Positions 30,774-40,800 are shown, counted from the first letter of the stretch. The stretch: DNA of 64,000 nucleotides from Candidatus Multivoradales bacterium (GCA_965223325.1 CBDCWI010000002.1:2080001-2144000); one strand, 5' to 3'. Translations and numbers: made by a program. Notes: a model not told the origin generated them from the sequence alone.

Positions 30774-32157
30774 TGTACCGGGTAGTTCGGGCAGCGCGAA
30801 ACGGCCTTGACGGTTTGTAAGGAACCCGCGATGTTCTACGTCCTATGAGACGGTGGTTCCTACCTCGGTGACGACGGCTGGTGCGCAGTCAGGGTTCGCG
30901 GCCGGTTTGCGTCTCATAGGGTATGAGAAACCCCCGGTGGCTTCCGCCCGACAACTTGTACGAAGTGACGCTCAAGACCTTCCAGAGCAGGTTCTTCTTT
31001 ATCCCCTCGAAGAGGCTCAACGAACTCCTCATCGGAGTCCTCGCCTACGCCCAGGCGAAGTTCGGCCTCGGCCTGTGCTTCGTCGTGTTCATGACGAATC
31101 ACGCCCATCTCTTGATCCGTGCTGAGTCGGCCGAGCAGATCCGTGACTTCCTCTGCCTGGCCGACTCCCAGATCGCCAAAGAGGTGCAACGCTTCTTTCG
31201 ACCCATCCGCAAGTGGACTGGAGGCATCTTCGCTGGTCGTCCCGAGATCACGATCGTGACCCATGAACCAGAGGCCCAGATCGCCCGCTTGCGCTACCTC
31301 ATGTCGCAGGGCTTGAAGGAGGGTCTGGTTCCTCACCCCTCGAAGTGGCCCGGCGTTCACTCTGCCAAAGCGCTTCTCTCCGGCAGCATGAAGCACACCG
31401 GGGTGTGGGTGAGGCGCAGTGAGATGTACGACGTGACCCGAACCAGACAAAGGCTCGAGAAGCGCCAGCGGGTTCGTCGGAAGAAGCGCTTCGACCCCAA
31501 GCAGTTCGAAGACCGGCTCACCCTCGAGCTTTCACCGCTGCCCTGCTGGGACGGCCTTGATCCTGCCGAGATCACACGGCGCTCCCGGGAACTGTGCAAC
31601 GAGCTCCTCGTGGAACACGCCGAGGCGCGTGCCCGCGTCCCGCGCGACTACAAGAAGCGCCTGACCGACACGAGCCAATTCGCCTACCAGCCGGAGCACT
31701 CGAAGAAGAGTGAGCGCCCGAAGGTCCACGCTGCGACGTTTGAGATGTGGCAGCACTACGTGGACATGCGCGACCTGTGGATCGACCGTTACCGCCTTGC
31801 GTCGGCTCGACTGCGAAAGGGCATCAGGGGAGCCCTTGATGAGTTTCCCGAGCATGCGTTCATCCCGACAGGTCTCTACATGCCCGCTCCCGAGGGGTTG
31901 CCGCCACCGTAGCGTTCTCGCGCGTGGTCGGGTCTGGCCGGCCGCTCATCACCGTCAGATGGGGCATTTCAAGAAGAGGGTGGGGCTCTTCCGGGGTGGG
32001 GTGCGCCTTGTTGTCGCCCCATCGTGGGTCGGGCACCTTCTCAGCCCGAATCGATGCGCTGCGACGGCTGTTGCCGATCCGAATCGATGGTCTAAACCGG
32101 AGCGAATCGCGAAAGCGACTTCCAGGCTGCGCGCTCCTGCCCGAATTACCCGGTACA
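30774..32157 (+). mobile_element. Element carrying an HUH (Y1/RAYT-like) transposase, bounded by 21-bp inverted repeats
   Basis: Left TGTACCGGGTAGTTCGGGCAG (30774-30794); right CTGCCCGAATTACCCGGTACA (32137-32157); 20/21 match. Confidence 0.75.
30923..31912 (+). CDS. IS200/REP-associated tyrosine transposase-like HUH endonuclease
   Basis: YEVTLKT, FVVFMTNHAHLLI (HUH), RLRYLMSQGLKEGLV (catalytic Tyr helix), WPGVHS. Confidence 0.85.
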   Translation: MRNPRWLPPDNLYEVTLKTFQSRFFFIPSKRLNELLIGVLAYAQAKFGLGLCFVVFMTNHAHLLIRAESAEQIRDFLCLADSQIAKEVQRFFRPIRKWTGGIFAGRPEITIVTHEPEAQIARLRYLMSQGLKEGLVPHPSKWPGVHSAKALLSGSMKHTGVWVRRSEMYDVTRTRQRLEKRQRVRRKKRFDPKQFEDRLTLELSPLPCWDGLDPAEITRRSRELCNELLVEHAEARARVPRDYKKRLTDTSQFAYQPEHSKKSERPKVHAATFEMWQHYVDMRDLWIDRYRLASARLRKGIRGALDEFPEHAFIPTGLYMPAPEGLPPP

Positions 32158-32211
32158 CGGCCCCCCCTCACGGCCCCCTACGGCCCCTCCCGCGGCCCCT
32201 CCCGCGAGGGC

Positions 32212-32573
32212 TCGGCTATCCGAAAGATCCTCCACCACCTCGAGCACCGCCAAGGCACGGCCAGGGCACCTCCCAAGGCGACCCCGAGTCTCGACCAGCA
32301 GCCAACAGCACCGACCGCCTGAACTCTCGGAGTTTCCTGGCTCCGAACGGTCGAGGTCTGCCCTGACACTTGACCTGAACGGCTCAGTTCCCGCCCCGAT
32401 CAGCTCCGACGCTGATGACCGCAGGCCCAGAACCTCGATGGCTGCCACGATCTGTCACGACAGGGTCTAGAGCGGGCGACAAAGCTCCGATCTCTTGGCG
32501 GCACGGCAGATTCGATGGCTCTTGAGCCAAAAGGATATCCCTATCCCTTGAGCGAAAAGGAATCCCTATCCCT
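32212..32573 (+). mobile_element. 3' remnant of an IS91/ISCR-like element: transposase C-terminus plus duplicated oriIS-like end
   Basis: SAIRKILHHLEHRQGTARAPP...* (stop 32322) resembles IS91-family C-termini. Tandem cttgagccaaaaggatatccctatcc / cttgagcgaaaaggaatccctatcc resembles the ..TTCCTATxCC oriIS terminus. Confidence 0.6.
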
Positions 32574-32593
32574 TTCATCGCCGCTGTGGTAGC

Positions 32594-34693
32594 GTGCCGT
32601 CAAAACTCCTCCGAGTCCGGGCGCTCGTGCTGGTCGGAGCAGCGCTCGGTGCTCTAGCGGCGATTCCCGCGACCGGGCAGGTCATCGCCGAGGGTGAGCT
32701 ACGCGTCTCGCCCGACGGCGGTGCCTCGAGCGCGAGTGTGACCAACCTCGCCTATCGGCAATTCACCGCGCGGCATTCGGTTCCGGTGGGTGTGGGGCGG
32801 ACAGCTGGTCGCACGCTGGTGGTGGCGCTACGCGACGGAGGCCGTCCAGGGCAGTCGTGCCCGGCTCGGCCGCAGCAGGGTGACGTCATGCTGCAGGGTC
32901 AGGACTGCGCTGCCCTCAACTGGCCCGACTCCAGCCGACCCTCCTTTTCGGTCACGAACCGAGTTCGAGTCCAGGTCGCCGGTGGCGGTAGGACGTCTCT
33001 TCATCTCCGCATGGATCAGAGCCTCAGGACGAGAGCCGAACCACCCGCCGATTGACTGCACACCGGGCTGGGCGGGTCCGCCCTGGAATGGCAAGGAGAG
33101 CTCTCTGACGATCTGTTGGAGGGAGGTGAGCTCCTCCTCGAGCTCAACCTGTCGAAGCTAGGCAACCCGACCGTCGACATCGGGTACGAGATTCGGCTCG
33201 AAGGCGTTGCTGATCCCGTACCCTCGGTTCGTTTCGCAGCCAGTAGCGGCGAGGCGCTGGAAAGCTCGGGAAGCGCTACCATCACGGTCGAACGCTCGGG
33301 CGAGCTCGGCGAGTCGTCGGTGGTACGGGTGCGCTCGAACGGGGGCACCGCCACCGCCGGCGAGGACTATGCGCCCGTCGACCAGGATTTGACCTTTGGC
33401 CCGGGCTCGTCGAGCGCTTCTTTCGAGGTCGCGATCGTCGACGACACCGAGAGAGAAAGCGACGAGACGATCGTCCTGACGCTCTCGGACCCGACCGGGG
33501 CCGTTTTGGGTAGTCGGCGGCAGACCACACTTTCCATCCAGGACGACGATTCGGTTTCGACCCTCGGCTTCGTATCGCTCTCGACCGTCGCGAGCGAAGC
33601 AGCAGGATCCGTTGCACTCGAGGTCGAGCGCGCCGGAGCGTCGTCGGGTGCGGTCTCTTTGTCGTACGAAGTCAGCTCTCTGAGTGCGACGGCGGGCGTC
33701 GACTACGAGGTGGCCGCTACTGGCACACTGGAGTGGGATGACCAGGAGACCGGCTCGAAGGCGATACCGGTGACCCTGTTCGATGATCTCCTGGACGAGG
33801 GCAGCGAGCTGGTGCGATTCGAGCTGATCAGCGCTTCGGGTGAAGCTCGTGTCGGAGGAATCACAGTGGCGGTGCTGGTGATCGCGGACGATGAGGCGTC
33901 TGCCGCGTGCACCGCCTCCGAACGTGCCCTCTGCTTGCAGGACGGACGCTTCCGCGTCGAGGTGGACTGGCTCTCCCTCATGCAGGGCTCGAAGGGCACG
34001 GGGAGCGCGGACCCAGACAGCTCTCAGTCGGGCTTCTTCTGGTTCTTCGACCCAGAGAACATCGAGCTCATCGTCAAGATTCTCGACGGGCGCGCCTTCA
34101 CCGGTGCCTACTGGCTCTTCTACGGCGGATTGTCCGATGTCGAGTATTGGGTGACGGCCGCCGATCTCGAAACCGGGATCACTCGCGTCTACCGTAACGA
34201 AGAGGGCAGCCTGCGCGGAGTTGGCGATGTCGGAGCGTTTCCGCAGGATCCTGCCGGTCGACGCCGAGTGGATCGCGAGTCGAGCTCGATCGAAGGAAGC
34301 CTCGATTCGTATGGTCGAGCCAGCGTCGAGCGGCGGCAAGTCCGATCCGAACACACTTGCGTCTCAGGCCCGGAGACCCTATGCCTGGTGGACGGGCGTT
34401 TCCAGGTCGAAGTCACCTGGTCGGTCTCCGCTTCAGATGAGCAAGGCACTGGAGCCGCAGTACCCCGCACCGATCAGAGCGGGCTCTTCTGGTTCTTCGC
34501 TTCTCAGAACATCGAGCTGGTGGTCAAGGTTCTCGACGGACGCGTTTTAAACGACCACTTCTGGGTCTTCTACGGCGCCCTGTCCGACGTCGGCTACACC
34601 ATCACGGTCACCGACACGGAGACCGGCGAGGTCCGGGTCTATACGAACCCCGAGGGCAGCATCGAAGGTGGAGCGGATACGGCCGCCTTTTGA
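32594..34693 (+). CDS. Putative secreted selenoprotein (699 aa, Sec154): unknown N-terminal domain, 2 Calx-beta domains and 2 LCLxxGRFxVEVxW repeats
   Basis: ORFs 32594-33055 and 33116-34693 are in one frame with a single TGA (33053-33055) and open sequence between them (...EPPAD-U-LHTGLGGSALEW...). Signal peptide lies only in the upstream part. Calx-beta motifs: GGTATAGEDY, IVDDTERESDETIVLTL. SECIS-like hairpin follows the TGA. Confidence 0.75.
33053..33093 (+). promoter_or_regulatory. Bacterial SECIS-like element
   Basis: UGA cugcacaccgggcU GGGCG-GGUC-CGCCC uggaauggca: 5-bp apical stem 33070-74/33079-83, GGUC loop, unpaired U at +17, imperfect lower stem (ccg/ugg, ugc/gca). Confidence 0.7.
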
Positions 34694-34806
34694 TGATCGT
34701 GGCCGTCGCCACCCTCGATGGATTTCCAGTCGACCCGTATGACTCGAGTGTCCGCCGTTCAATGAGCGCGTGGGGCCCACTTCGAGGGGGCACAAGTTCG
34801 ACGGGG

Positions 34807-35110
34807 TCAGCTTCCGAGAACGAAGTCCGCCAGCAGATCGAGAAACTCAGGGTAGATCACACCCGTCTTCGGGTCCGAGATTCCGTGCCCGGCACCTTCG
34901 AAGACCCGTAGCGTCAAGTCCACTTCCTCCGGCAGTTCTCCGAGCACCTCGACGCTTTTCTTGACCGGCACGTTGTCTTGCTCGTCCGCCGAACCGTAGA
35001 CCACCAGGCCGCGGGTGCGCAGCTGTCTCCAGTAGGAGACCGGATCGAAGTCGCCGTTGAGCTTCCACCAGAGGGGTCGCTTCTTCTTGGCGATTCGTGC
35101 CCGGACTGCT
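34807..35110 (-). pseudogene. C-terminal fragment of an alpha/beta hydrolase
   Basis: WWKLNGDFDPVSYWRQLRTRGLVVYGSADEQDNVPV...FEGAGHG; 5' part missing. Confidence 0.6.
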
Positions 35111-35323
35111 CGCCTTCGCCTGCGCGTTCGAAGGCAAGAGTGCGGCCAGGGACAAGTTCAGGTTCGACCTGAAAGCTCGCAACCATCAGGTGGTGGGGCC
35201 CAGAGCTACTCTGTGAGGCTGCTCTCAACGATGCGATCGAAGCGGTCGCTCGTGCGTCCCAGATCGATGAAGTAGAGGCTCTCACTGGCTGACTCCGCTT
35301 CACCGCAGATCGATCACTACCTA

Positions 35324-35600
35324 CTACCTTAAGTCTTCAACCACCTCCACCGCCTCGATCATCTCCCGCACCTTCCTCGCCACCTCACCCGCCGATGGTG
35401 GATCGAGGTTGGTCATCACGACGACCGTCCACTCGCCCTCGATCTCGAGCATGGCGTTGACGCCGGGGCCGCCTCCGGCGATGCCGATCCCGATGGTCGC
35501 GGCTCGGGGGCGACGTCGGGCAGCTCGTTGCTGAGCGCCCACTCTTTGTAGCGGCGGTCGAGGAGCTGGTCGCCGACGAGCGCGTGGCGGAAGCGGAGTA
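35324..35600 (-). pseudogene. C-terminal fragment of a beta-lactamase-family serine hydrolase, frameshifted and cut by the IS91-like remnant
   Basis: LLRFRHALVGDQLL..., then another frame GIGIAGGGPGVNAMLEIEGEWTVVVMTNLDPPSA. Confidence 0.6.
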
Positions 35601-35602
35601 GA

Positions 35603-36455
35603 TGACCAGGTGCAGGGGGACGAGAAGGGGAGACAAGAAGAGGCCACACATTTTTGGGCTGTTTCGTCAAGGCACGTACTTTCCCCATCGCGGCCTCGGT
35701 CTCCGGCCATTCGTCTTGGCCTTCTTTCGCTCGTAGCAGCGGCGGGCGGGAGACGGATGTCGCCGGAAGGAGCTGGATCGGAAGGGCTATGACGCCTGGC
35801 GACCTGGGCACCTTCGAGGTGGCCACGTGCTGATGGGGGCGGCTGGTTTCGACTCGCTGCTGGTGGAGCCATCGCAAGAGGATGGGCCTCGTTTGCGTCC
35901 TCTTCAGGGTAGAGGAGGTTCTCTACCCTGGCATCGCCATGCCCTGGCGTCTATCGGCCGCGCAGACCGAAGGCGTCCCCGCTCTACGCGCTGATCGAGA
36001 AGGTCTACGACGCGGTCAAGGCCTCGTGGGAGGTGCGTTTCGAGAGGTCGTATGGCCGCTGGCGCGGGTGTCTCGATGATCCTGTGTACGCCTTTCTCGA
36101 CTGCGGCATCCTCGAGCGGGGCTTCGCGAGAGTGGTCTGCGACGCCTGCAAGAACGAGTACCTGGTCGCCTTCTCCTGTTCCCGCCGCGGCATCTGCCCT
36201 TGCTGCGACGCCAAACGCGGTGCCATCCTGGGAGTCTTCCTGCGCGAGGAGGTGGTGGAGGACGTCGGCCACTGCCTTTGGACGTTCACGTTGCCGAAGC
36301 TCCTGCGCCCCTACTTCCGGCATCGGCGCTCTTTGCTCGGCGAGTTGCAGCGCGCCGCCTACGAGACGGTGGCGGAGCTGATCGCAGGAGCGGCGCCAGG
36401 GACCCGGCCGGGCATGGTGGCCGCCGTCCACACCGCCGCCTCGGATCTGCGCTGG
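35603..36455 (+). mobile_element. IS91-family element 5' remnant, copy 1 (transposase truncated just before the HUH motif)
   Basis: LDCGILERGFARVVCDACKNEYLVAFSCSRRGICPCC (Zn_Tnp_IS91); near-identical to 45284-46135; joins at 36456 to an unrelated gene tail (VFAVVWLIAVIVQALKE). Confidence 0.88.
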
Positions 36456-36583
36456 TGTTCGCCGTCGTCTGGCTTATCGCAGTCATCGTCCAAGCGCTGA
36501 AGGAACGTTCCGACGGGACGAGCTAACGACTCGCGCTGAGACGTGATCGGGAGATCGTCGCAAACCTCGGCTGGTGGCCTTCC

Positions 36584-39244
36584 CTACTCGGAGCGCAAGA
36601 GCGCCAGAGGATCGAGCCGAGCCGCTCTCCTGGCAGGAAGCCAGCACGCAAGGGCGGCAGCTGCAAGGAGCACGATCGCCGCCACGAAGTAGGCCAACGG
36701 GTCTCTCGCGCTCACACCGACGAGCTGACTTTCGAGAATTCGCAGCGCGGCCGCAGCGGCAACCAGCCCCAAACCGACTCCGATCGTCGCCATGAGCAGC
36801 CCACGACCGAAGACCCACGACAGAATCGAAGTGCGATTGGCTCCGATCGCTAGTCTCACCCCGATCTCGTGCTGCCGCTGGATGACCAGCTGGGCCATCA
36901 CCCCGTAGACGCCAACGACTGCCAGCACGAGCGCCAGAGCGGCGAACGCAGCGAGCATGCTCATCATGAAGCGGCGGACATCGAGAGTGCGTGACACCCG
37001 AGCGCTCATGAGCTCGGGCCGCTCGACGGCCAGCTGCGGATCGAGCTTCTTGACCTCTGCCTCGACTGCTGGAAGCAGCAGCATCGGGTCGCCAGCGCTT
37101 CGAAGGGCTACTGTCATGCTGTCGAAGGGGAGCTGCAGATGCGGCACGTAGATGCTCGGAACGGCTCCGCTTGCCGGGCCGAGCTGACGGGTGTTCTCGA
37201 CCACTCCGACGACGGTGCGCAGAATTCGTCCATCATCCGGATTGCCGTAACCGACGAACATCTGTTTGCCAACGGCGCTACGAACACCGGCCGACGGGTC
37301 GCCGTCGCCAAAGTGCCGCTCCGCGAGAGCTCGATTGATCACGATCACGGGCTGGCTGCCCGCGCGGTCGGATTTCAAGAACGGCCGACCCGCCAGAACA
37401 TCGACGCGGAGAGCCTCGAAGTAGCTGTCGTTGATGAACCGGAATGCTGCGGAGGGTTGGCGCTGCCCCTCAGGCAGACCATCGGGCGGCTCGTATGAGA
37501 ACCACCAGCCCGAATCCGGCGGCACCCATGGATTAAGGCCGACGCTCATGACCCCGGGTATCGCGCTCAAGTTCTCGTCCAGCTGTTCGAAAAAGACAGC
37601 CGCCTCTTCTCTCTCCGGATAGGCGCTGTCGGGCAGGCCGATGCCGAAGGTGAGCGTGTTCCTCGGATCGAAGCCGAGGTCGACGCCGCCGAGATGGAGA
37701 AAGGTGCGCAGAAGGAGCCCGACCGCGATCACCAGCACGACCGAGAGCGCAGTTTCGACGACGACGAGCGCGCGACGCCCCCAAAGGCGACGGCCGCGCG
37801 GTGTGCCCTTCTTGGATTGCAGCAGTCGGCTCGGGTCCGTTCGAACACGCCATGCGGGCCAAAGACCGGCGACAAGGCCCGAGAGAAGCGTCACGGCGGC
37901 TGTGACTGCAAGCACGCGGCTATCGATGCTGACGGTCTCGAGCCTTGGGACGTAAACCGGGAGCATCGAACGCACCAAGTCGAGCCCTAGGAAGGCCAAC
38001 GCGACTCCGGCGGCACCGCCGAGGAGCGCCAGCAAGATGTTCTCTACGATCAGCTGGCGCACGATACGGGCACGACCGGCGCCGATGGCGGCTCTTACAC
38101 CAAGCTCGTGGCGTCGAGCCGCGGCTCTCGCCACGCTGAGACCGACGACGTTGATCACGCCAATCAAGAGGACGAGCGACACGCCTCCAAACAAGATTCC
38201 TAGCGGAGAGCGGGCGCTGTCGACGAAATCGTCCCGCAGCGGCACCATTGAGACTCCGCGGTTCTCCCAGCGATCGGGATGACGCTCGGTGAGGAGTCCG
38301 GCAACTCGCTCGAGATCGGCTCTCGCCCCATCGGCGCTCACACCATCGGCCAGCCTGCCGACTCCGATCAGCCACTGAGCGCCGCGCGCCCGGTCCGCCA
38401 GGTCACGCGGCTCAAAGACGAGTGGCCCCCACAGATCGGTACCGCCCGGGTACTCGAAGCTCGGCGGCATCACGCCAACGACGGTGTAGCTCTCGCGCTC
38501 GACCTCGATCGTGGTGCCGATCGCGTCTTCTCGGCCTCCGAGGTGCCGCAGCCAAAAGGAGTGACTCGCGACCACGATCCGTGGGTCCTGTTCGACCACC
38601 TCGCGATCAAACACCTGTCCGAGGGCAGGAGTGGCCCCCAAGGCACGAAAGAAGTCCGGTGTGGCGACGGCAACGGTGAGGCGTTCGGGCCTCTCACTGC
38701 CGAGGGTCACGGTGCGCCAGGAGTAGGCGGCCATCGAATCGAACGAGCGGTTGAGTTGTTGCCAATCTTTGAAGTTGGGTGCTGAGACCCACTCTTGCTG
38801 GTGATCCTCGAGGTCGTACTGCCAGAGAACGAAGGCGCGCTCTGGATCCTCGAGGGCGAGCGGGCGCAGCACGACGCCGTCGAGCAGGCTATAGACGAGG
38901 GTCGTTGCACCGATGGTGAGAGCGAGGGTAAGGAGCACGAGTGCCGTGTGGAGTGGCGCCCGTCGAATCGTTCGCCACGAAAAGCGCAGATCATTGCTGA
39001 GGTCGAACCACCAAGCGCGTCGGCTCGCGGCGTGACGCCGACGTTGACCGATGCGGCGGCAGGCCTTGAGGTGGGCGGCGCGCGACCCGAAGCGTCGCTC
39101 GGCTTCGTCCTGCGCCTCTCGTTCGCTCATGCCCTCGGCGAGCAGCTCATCGACCACCATCTGGAAATGGAAGTCGAACTCCTCTTCGACCTCGCGCCGA
39201 ACTTGCTGATCGCTACGGAGAATCGGGTCATTGTCGAGGCTCAT
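36584..39244 (-). CDS. ADOP-type (MacB/FtsX duplicated) ABC permease with N-terminal permease-prefix domain
   Basis: EVEEEFDFHF..AERRFG prefix; TLALTIGAT, RRHELGVRAAIGA, HEIGVRLAIGA, PARRAARLDP. Confidence 0.92.
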   Translation of the reverse strand: MSLDNDPILRSDQQVRREVEEEFDFHFQMVVDELLAEGMSEREAQDEAERRFGSRAAHLKACRRIGQRRRHAASRRAWWFDLSNDLRFSWRTIRRAPLHTALVLLTLALTIGATTLVYSLLDGVVLRPLALEDPERAFVLWQYDLEDHQQEWVSAPNFKDWQQLNRSFDSMAAYSWRTVTLGSERPERLTVAVATPDFFRALGATPALGQVFDREVVEQDPRIVVASHSFWLRHLGGREDAIGTTIEVERESYTVVGVMPPSFEYPGGTDLWGPLVFEPRDLADRARGAQWLIGVGRLADGVSADGARADLERVAGLLTERHPDRWENRGVSMVPLRDDFVDSARSPLGILFGGVSLVLLIGVINVVGLSVARAAARRHELGVRAAIGAGRARIVRQLIVENILLALLGGAAGVALAFLGLDLVRSMLPVYVPRLETVSIDSRVLAVTAAVTLLSGLVAGLWPAWRVRTDPSRLLQSKKGTPRGRRLWGRRALVVVETALSVVLVIAVGLLLRTFLHLGGVDLGFDPRNTLTFGIGLPDSAYPEREEAAVFFEQLDENLSAIPGVMSVGLNPWVPPDSGWWFSYEPPDGLPEGQRQPSAAFRFINDSYFEALRVDVLAGRPFLKSDRAGSQPVIVINRALAERHFGDGDPSAGVRSAVGKQMFVGYGNPDDGRILRTVVGVVENTRQLGPASGAVPSIYVPHLQLPFDSMTVALRSAGDPMLLLPAVEAEVKKLDPQLAVERPELMSARVSRTLDVRRFMMSMLAAFAALALVLAVVGVYGVMAQLVIQRQHEIGVRLAIGANRTSILSWVFGRGLLMATIGVGLGLVAAAAALRILESQLVGVSARDPLAYFVAAIVLLAAAALACWLPARRAARLDPLALLRSE

Positions 39245-39573
39245 CCGGCCGCCTCGAGCACTCGGCTGACCATGGCGACGTAGCGCTGCCAGCTGGCGGT
39301 ATCGGTCTGAAGCTGTCGACGCCCCTCAGAGGTGAGCTTGTAGAAGCGGGCTCGTCGGTTGTTTTCCGAGAGTCCCCACTCCGAAGCGATCAGGCCGCGT
39401 GCTTCGAGCCTATGTAGGCCCGGATAGAGCGCCCCCTCTTCGATCTTGAGGTCTTCACCGGACGACTCCTTGAGCCAGGAGAGTACGCCGTATCCGTGGC
39501 GCTGTCCGGCACGCAGCGAGCGCAGTATGAGGAGATCAAGAGTTCCCTGAACCAGTCTCGAACCTTTTCCCAT
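39241..39573 (-). CDS. PadR family transcriptional regulator (Acidobacterial subfamily)
   Basis: LVQGTLDLLIL, HGYG, EEGALYPGLHRLE, WGLSENNRRARFY; start re-set to the ATG at 39573 after AGGAG. Confidence 0.93.
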   Translation of the reverse strand: MGKGSRLVQGTLDLLILRSLRAGQRHGYGVLSWLKESSGEDLKIEEGALYPGLHRLEARGLIASEWGLSENNRRARFYKLTSEGRRQLQTDTASWQRYVAMVSRVLEAAG

Positions 39574-39626
39574 AGACGACTCTCCTTCCGAAGCCGGCCA
39601 TTCCAACAGCTCTCCCTGAGAAACTT

Positions 39627-39680
39627 CCCTAAAGCTTTTAGGGGGACCCTACGCGAGATTCCCCTAAAAGGTCAAGGGGA
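39627..39680. promoter_or_regulatory. Two palindromic candidate PadR operators
   Basis: CCCTAAA-gct-TTTAGGG (39627-39643) and CCCTAAA-agg-TCAAGGG (39662-39678) upstream of padR. Confidence 0.65.
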
Positions 39681-39755
39681 AGACGTTCGGCGAGGACACC
39701 TCCTGTAGGCTGACGCTCGTAGCTCCTCGATCAGAGAGTCAAACAGGCCGAAGCT

Positions 39756-40800
39756 GTGAACAGCCCTCGGGAGGGAAAGACCGTCAGTAAGAAACTCAAC
39801 TCTGTCCAGGCACGACTGAGCGTCTTGACTGCAGTCGCGATGCTGGTTGGCGGGCTGTCGTTTCTCGCGCCGTCCGCGAGCTTCGCACACAAAGTCGAGC
39901 TGCAGCTGCGCGAGGGCACCAATATCGCCGTCGATGCGTCACCCGATGGCCAAACCCTAGTCATCGACCTGCAGGGCACGCTCTGGACGCTGCCAATTGA
40001 GGGTGGCCAGGCCAAGGCGATCACCGACCACTACGGCGACGCTCGACAACCGAACTGGTCTCCCGATGGCTCACGGATCGCGTTCCAGAGCTATCGCTCC
40101 GGCAACTGGCACATTTGGTCGGTCCGCCCCGATGGCTCGGATCTAGAGCAACTGACCTTCGGCAAGGCCGATGACCGCGAGCCCACTTGGACCCCTGATG
40201 GAAAGTCGATCCGCTTCGCCTCGGATCGCGCCGGGCAACTACGACATCTGGCAGCTGGCCGTCGGCAAGAGTGGCGGCGAGAGCGAGCCAGTTCGGATCA
40301 CCAGCGATCCCTCCAACGACTACGCCCCGGCCGTCGGACCGGACGGCCAGCACCTGGCCTTCGTCTCCGAACGCCAACCGCAAGGCATCTGGAGCAAGAA
40401 CCTGCGCAGCGATGATGCTCCCGAGCTACTCGAGGAGCTGCTCGGCACAACCAACGGACTCAGCTTCTCTCCCGACAGCTGGCGTCTGCTCTTCCAAAAC
40501 TACGATCGCGGCAGCACCTCGACCTACCTCGGCCTCGTCGAGCTCTACGACAAGGTCGAACCGCGCAAGCTCTCAGAGTCGGGCGAGGATGTGTTCCCTT
40601 CCGAGCCACTTGGATCTCTCCAACCACCTAGATCTATACCTCCGACGGCAAGCTAGGCCGTCGCACGCTCTCGATTCCTACGGTTGAGCAACCGGTGCCC
40701 AAGGAGCTCGAGCCGGTCCGCGACATTCCGTTCGTCGCCGAGGTCTCCTTCGAGCGCCCCGAATACACACGGAAGAAGCGCAACTACGACTCCGACCGAA
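39756..40800 (+). pseudogene. TolB-like (PD40 beta-propeller) protein, N-terminus of a propeller-amidohydrolase type, frameshifted and truncated
   Basis: EGTNIAVDASPDG, PNWSPDG, DDREPTWTPDG; frame changes near 40230 (continues GNYDIWQL) and near 40600; similarity lost after ~40800. Confidence 0.8.

Noticed and set aside
32521-32572. LuxR/NarL-type operator pair for the downstream gene
   Set aside because: Its position after an IS91-like transposase tail and its resemblance to oriIS termini make a duplicated IS end more economical. A regulatory role is not fully excluded.
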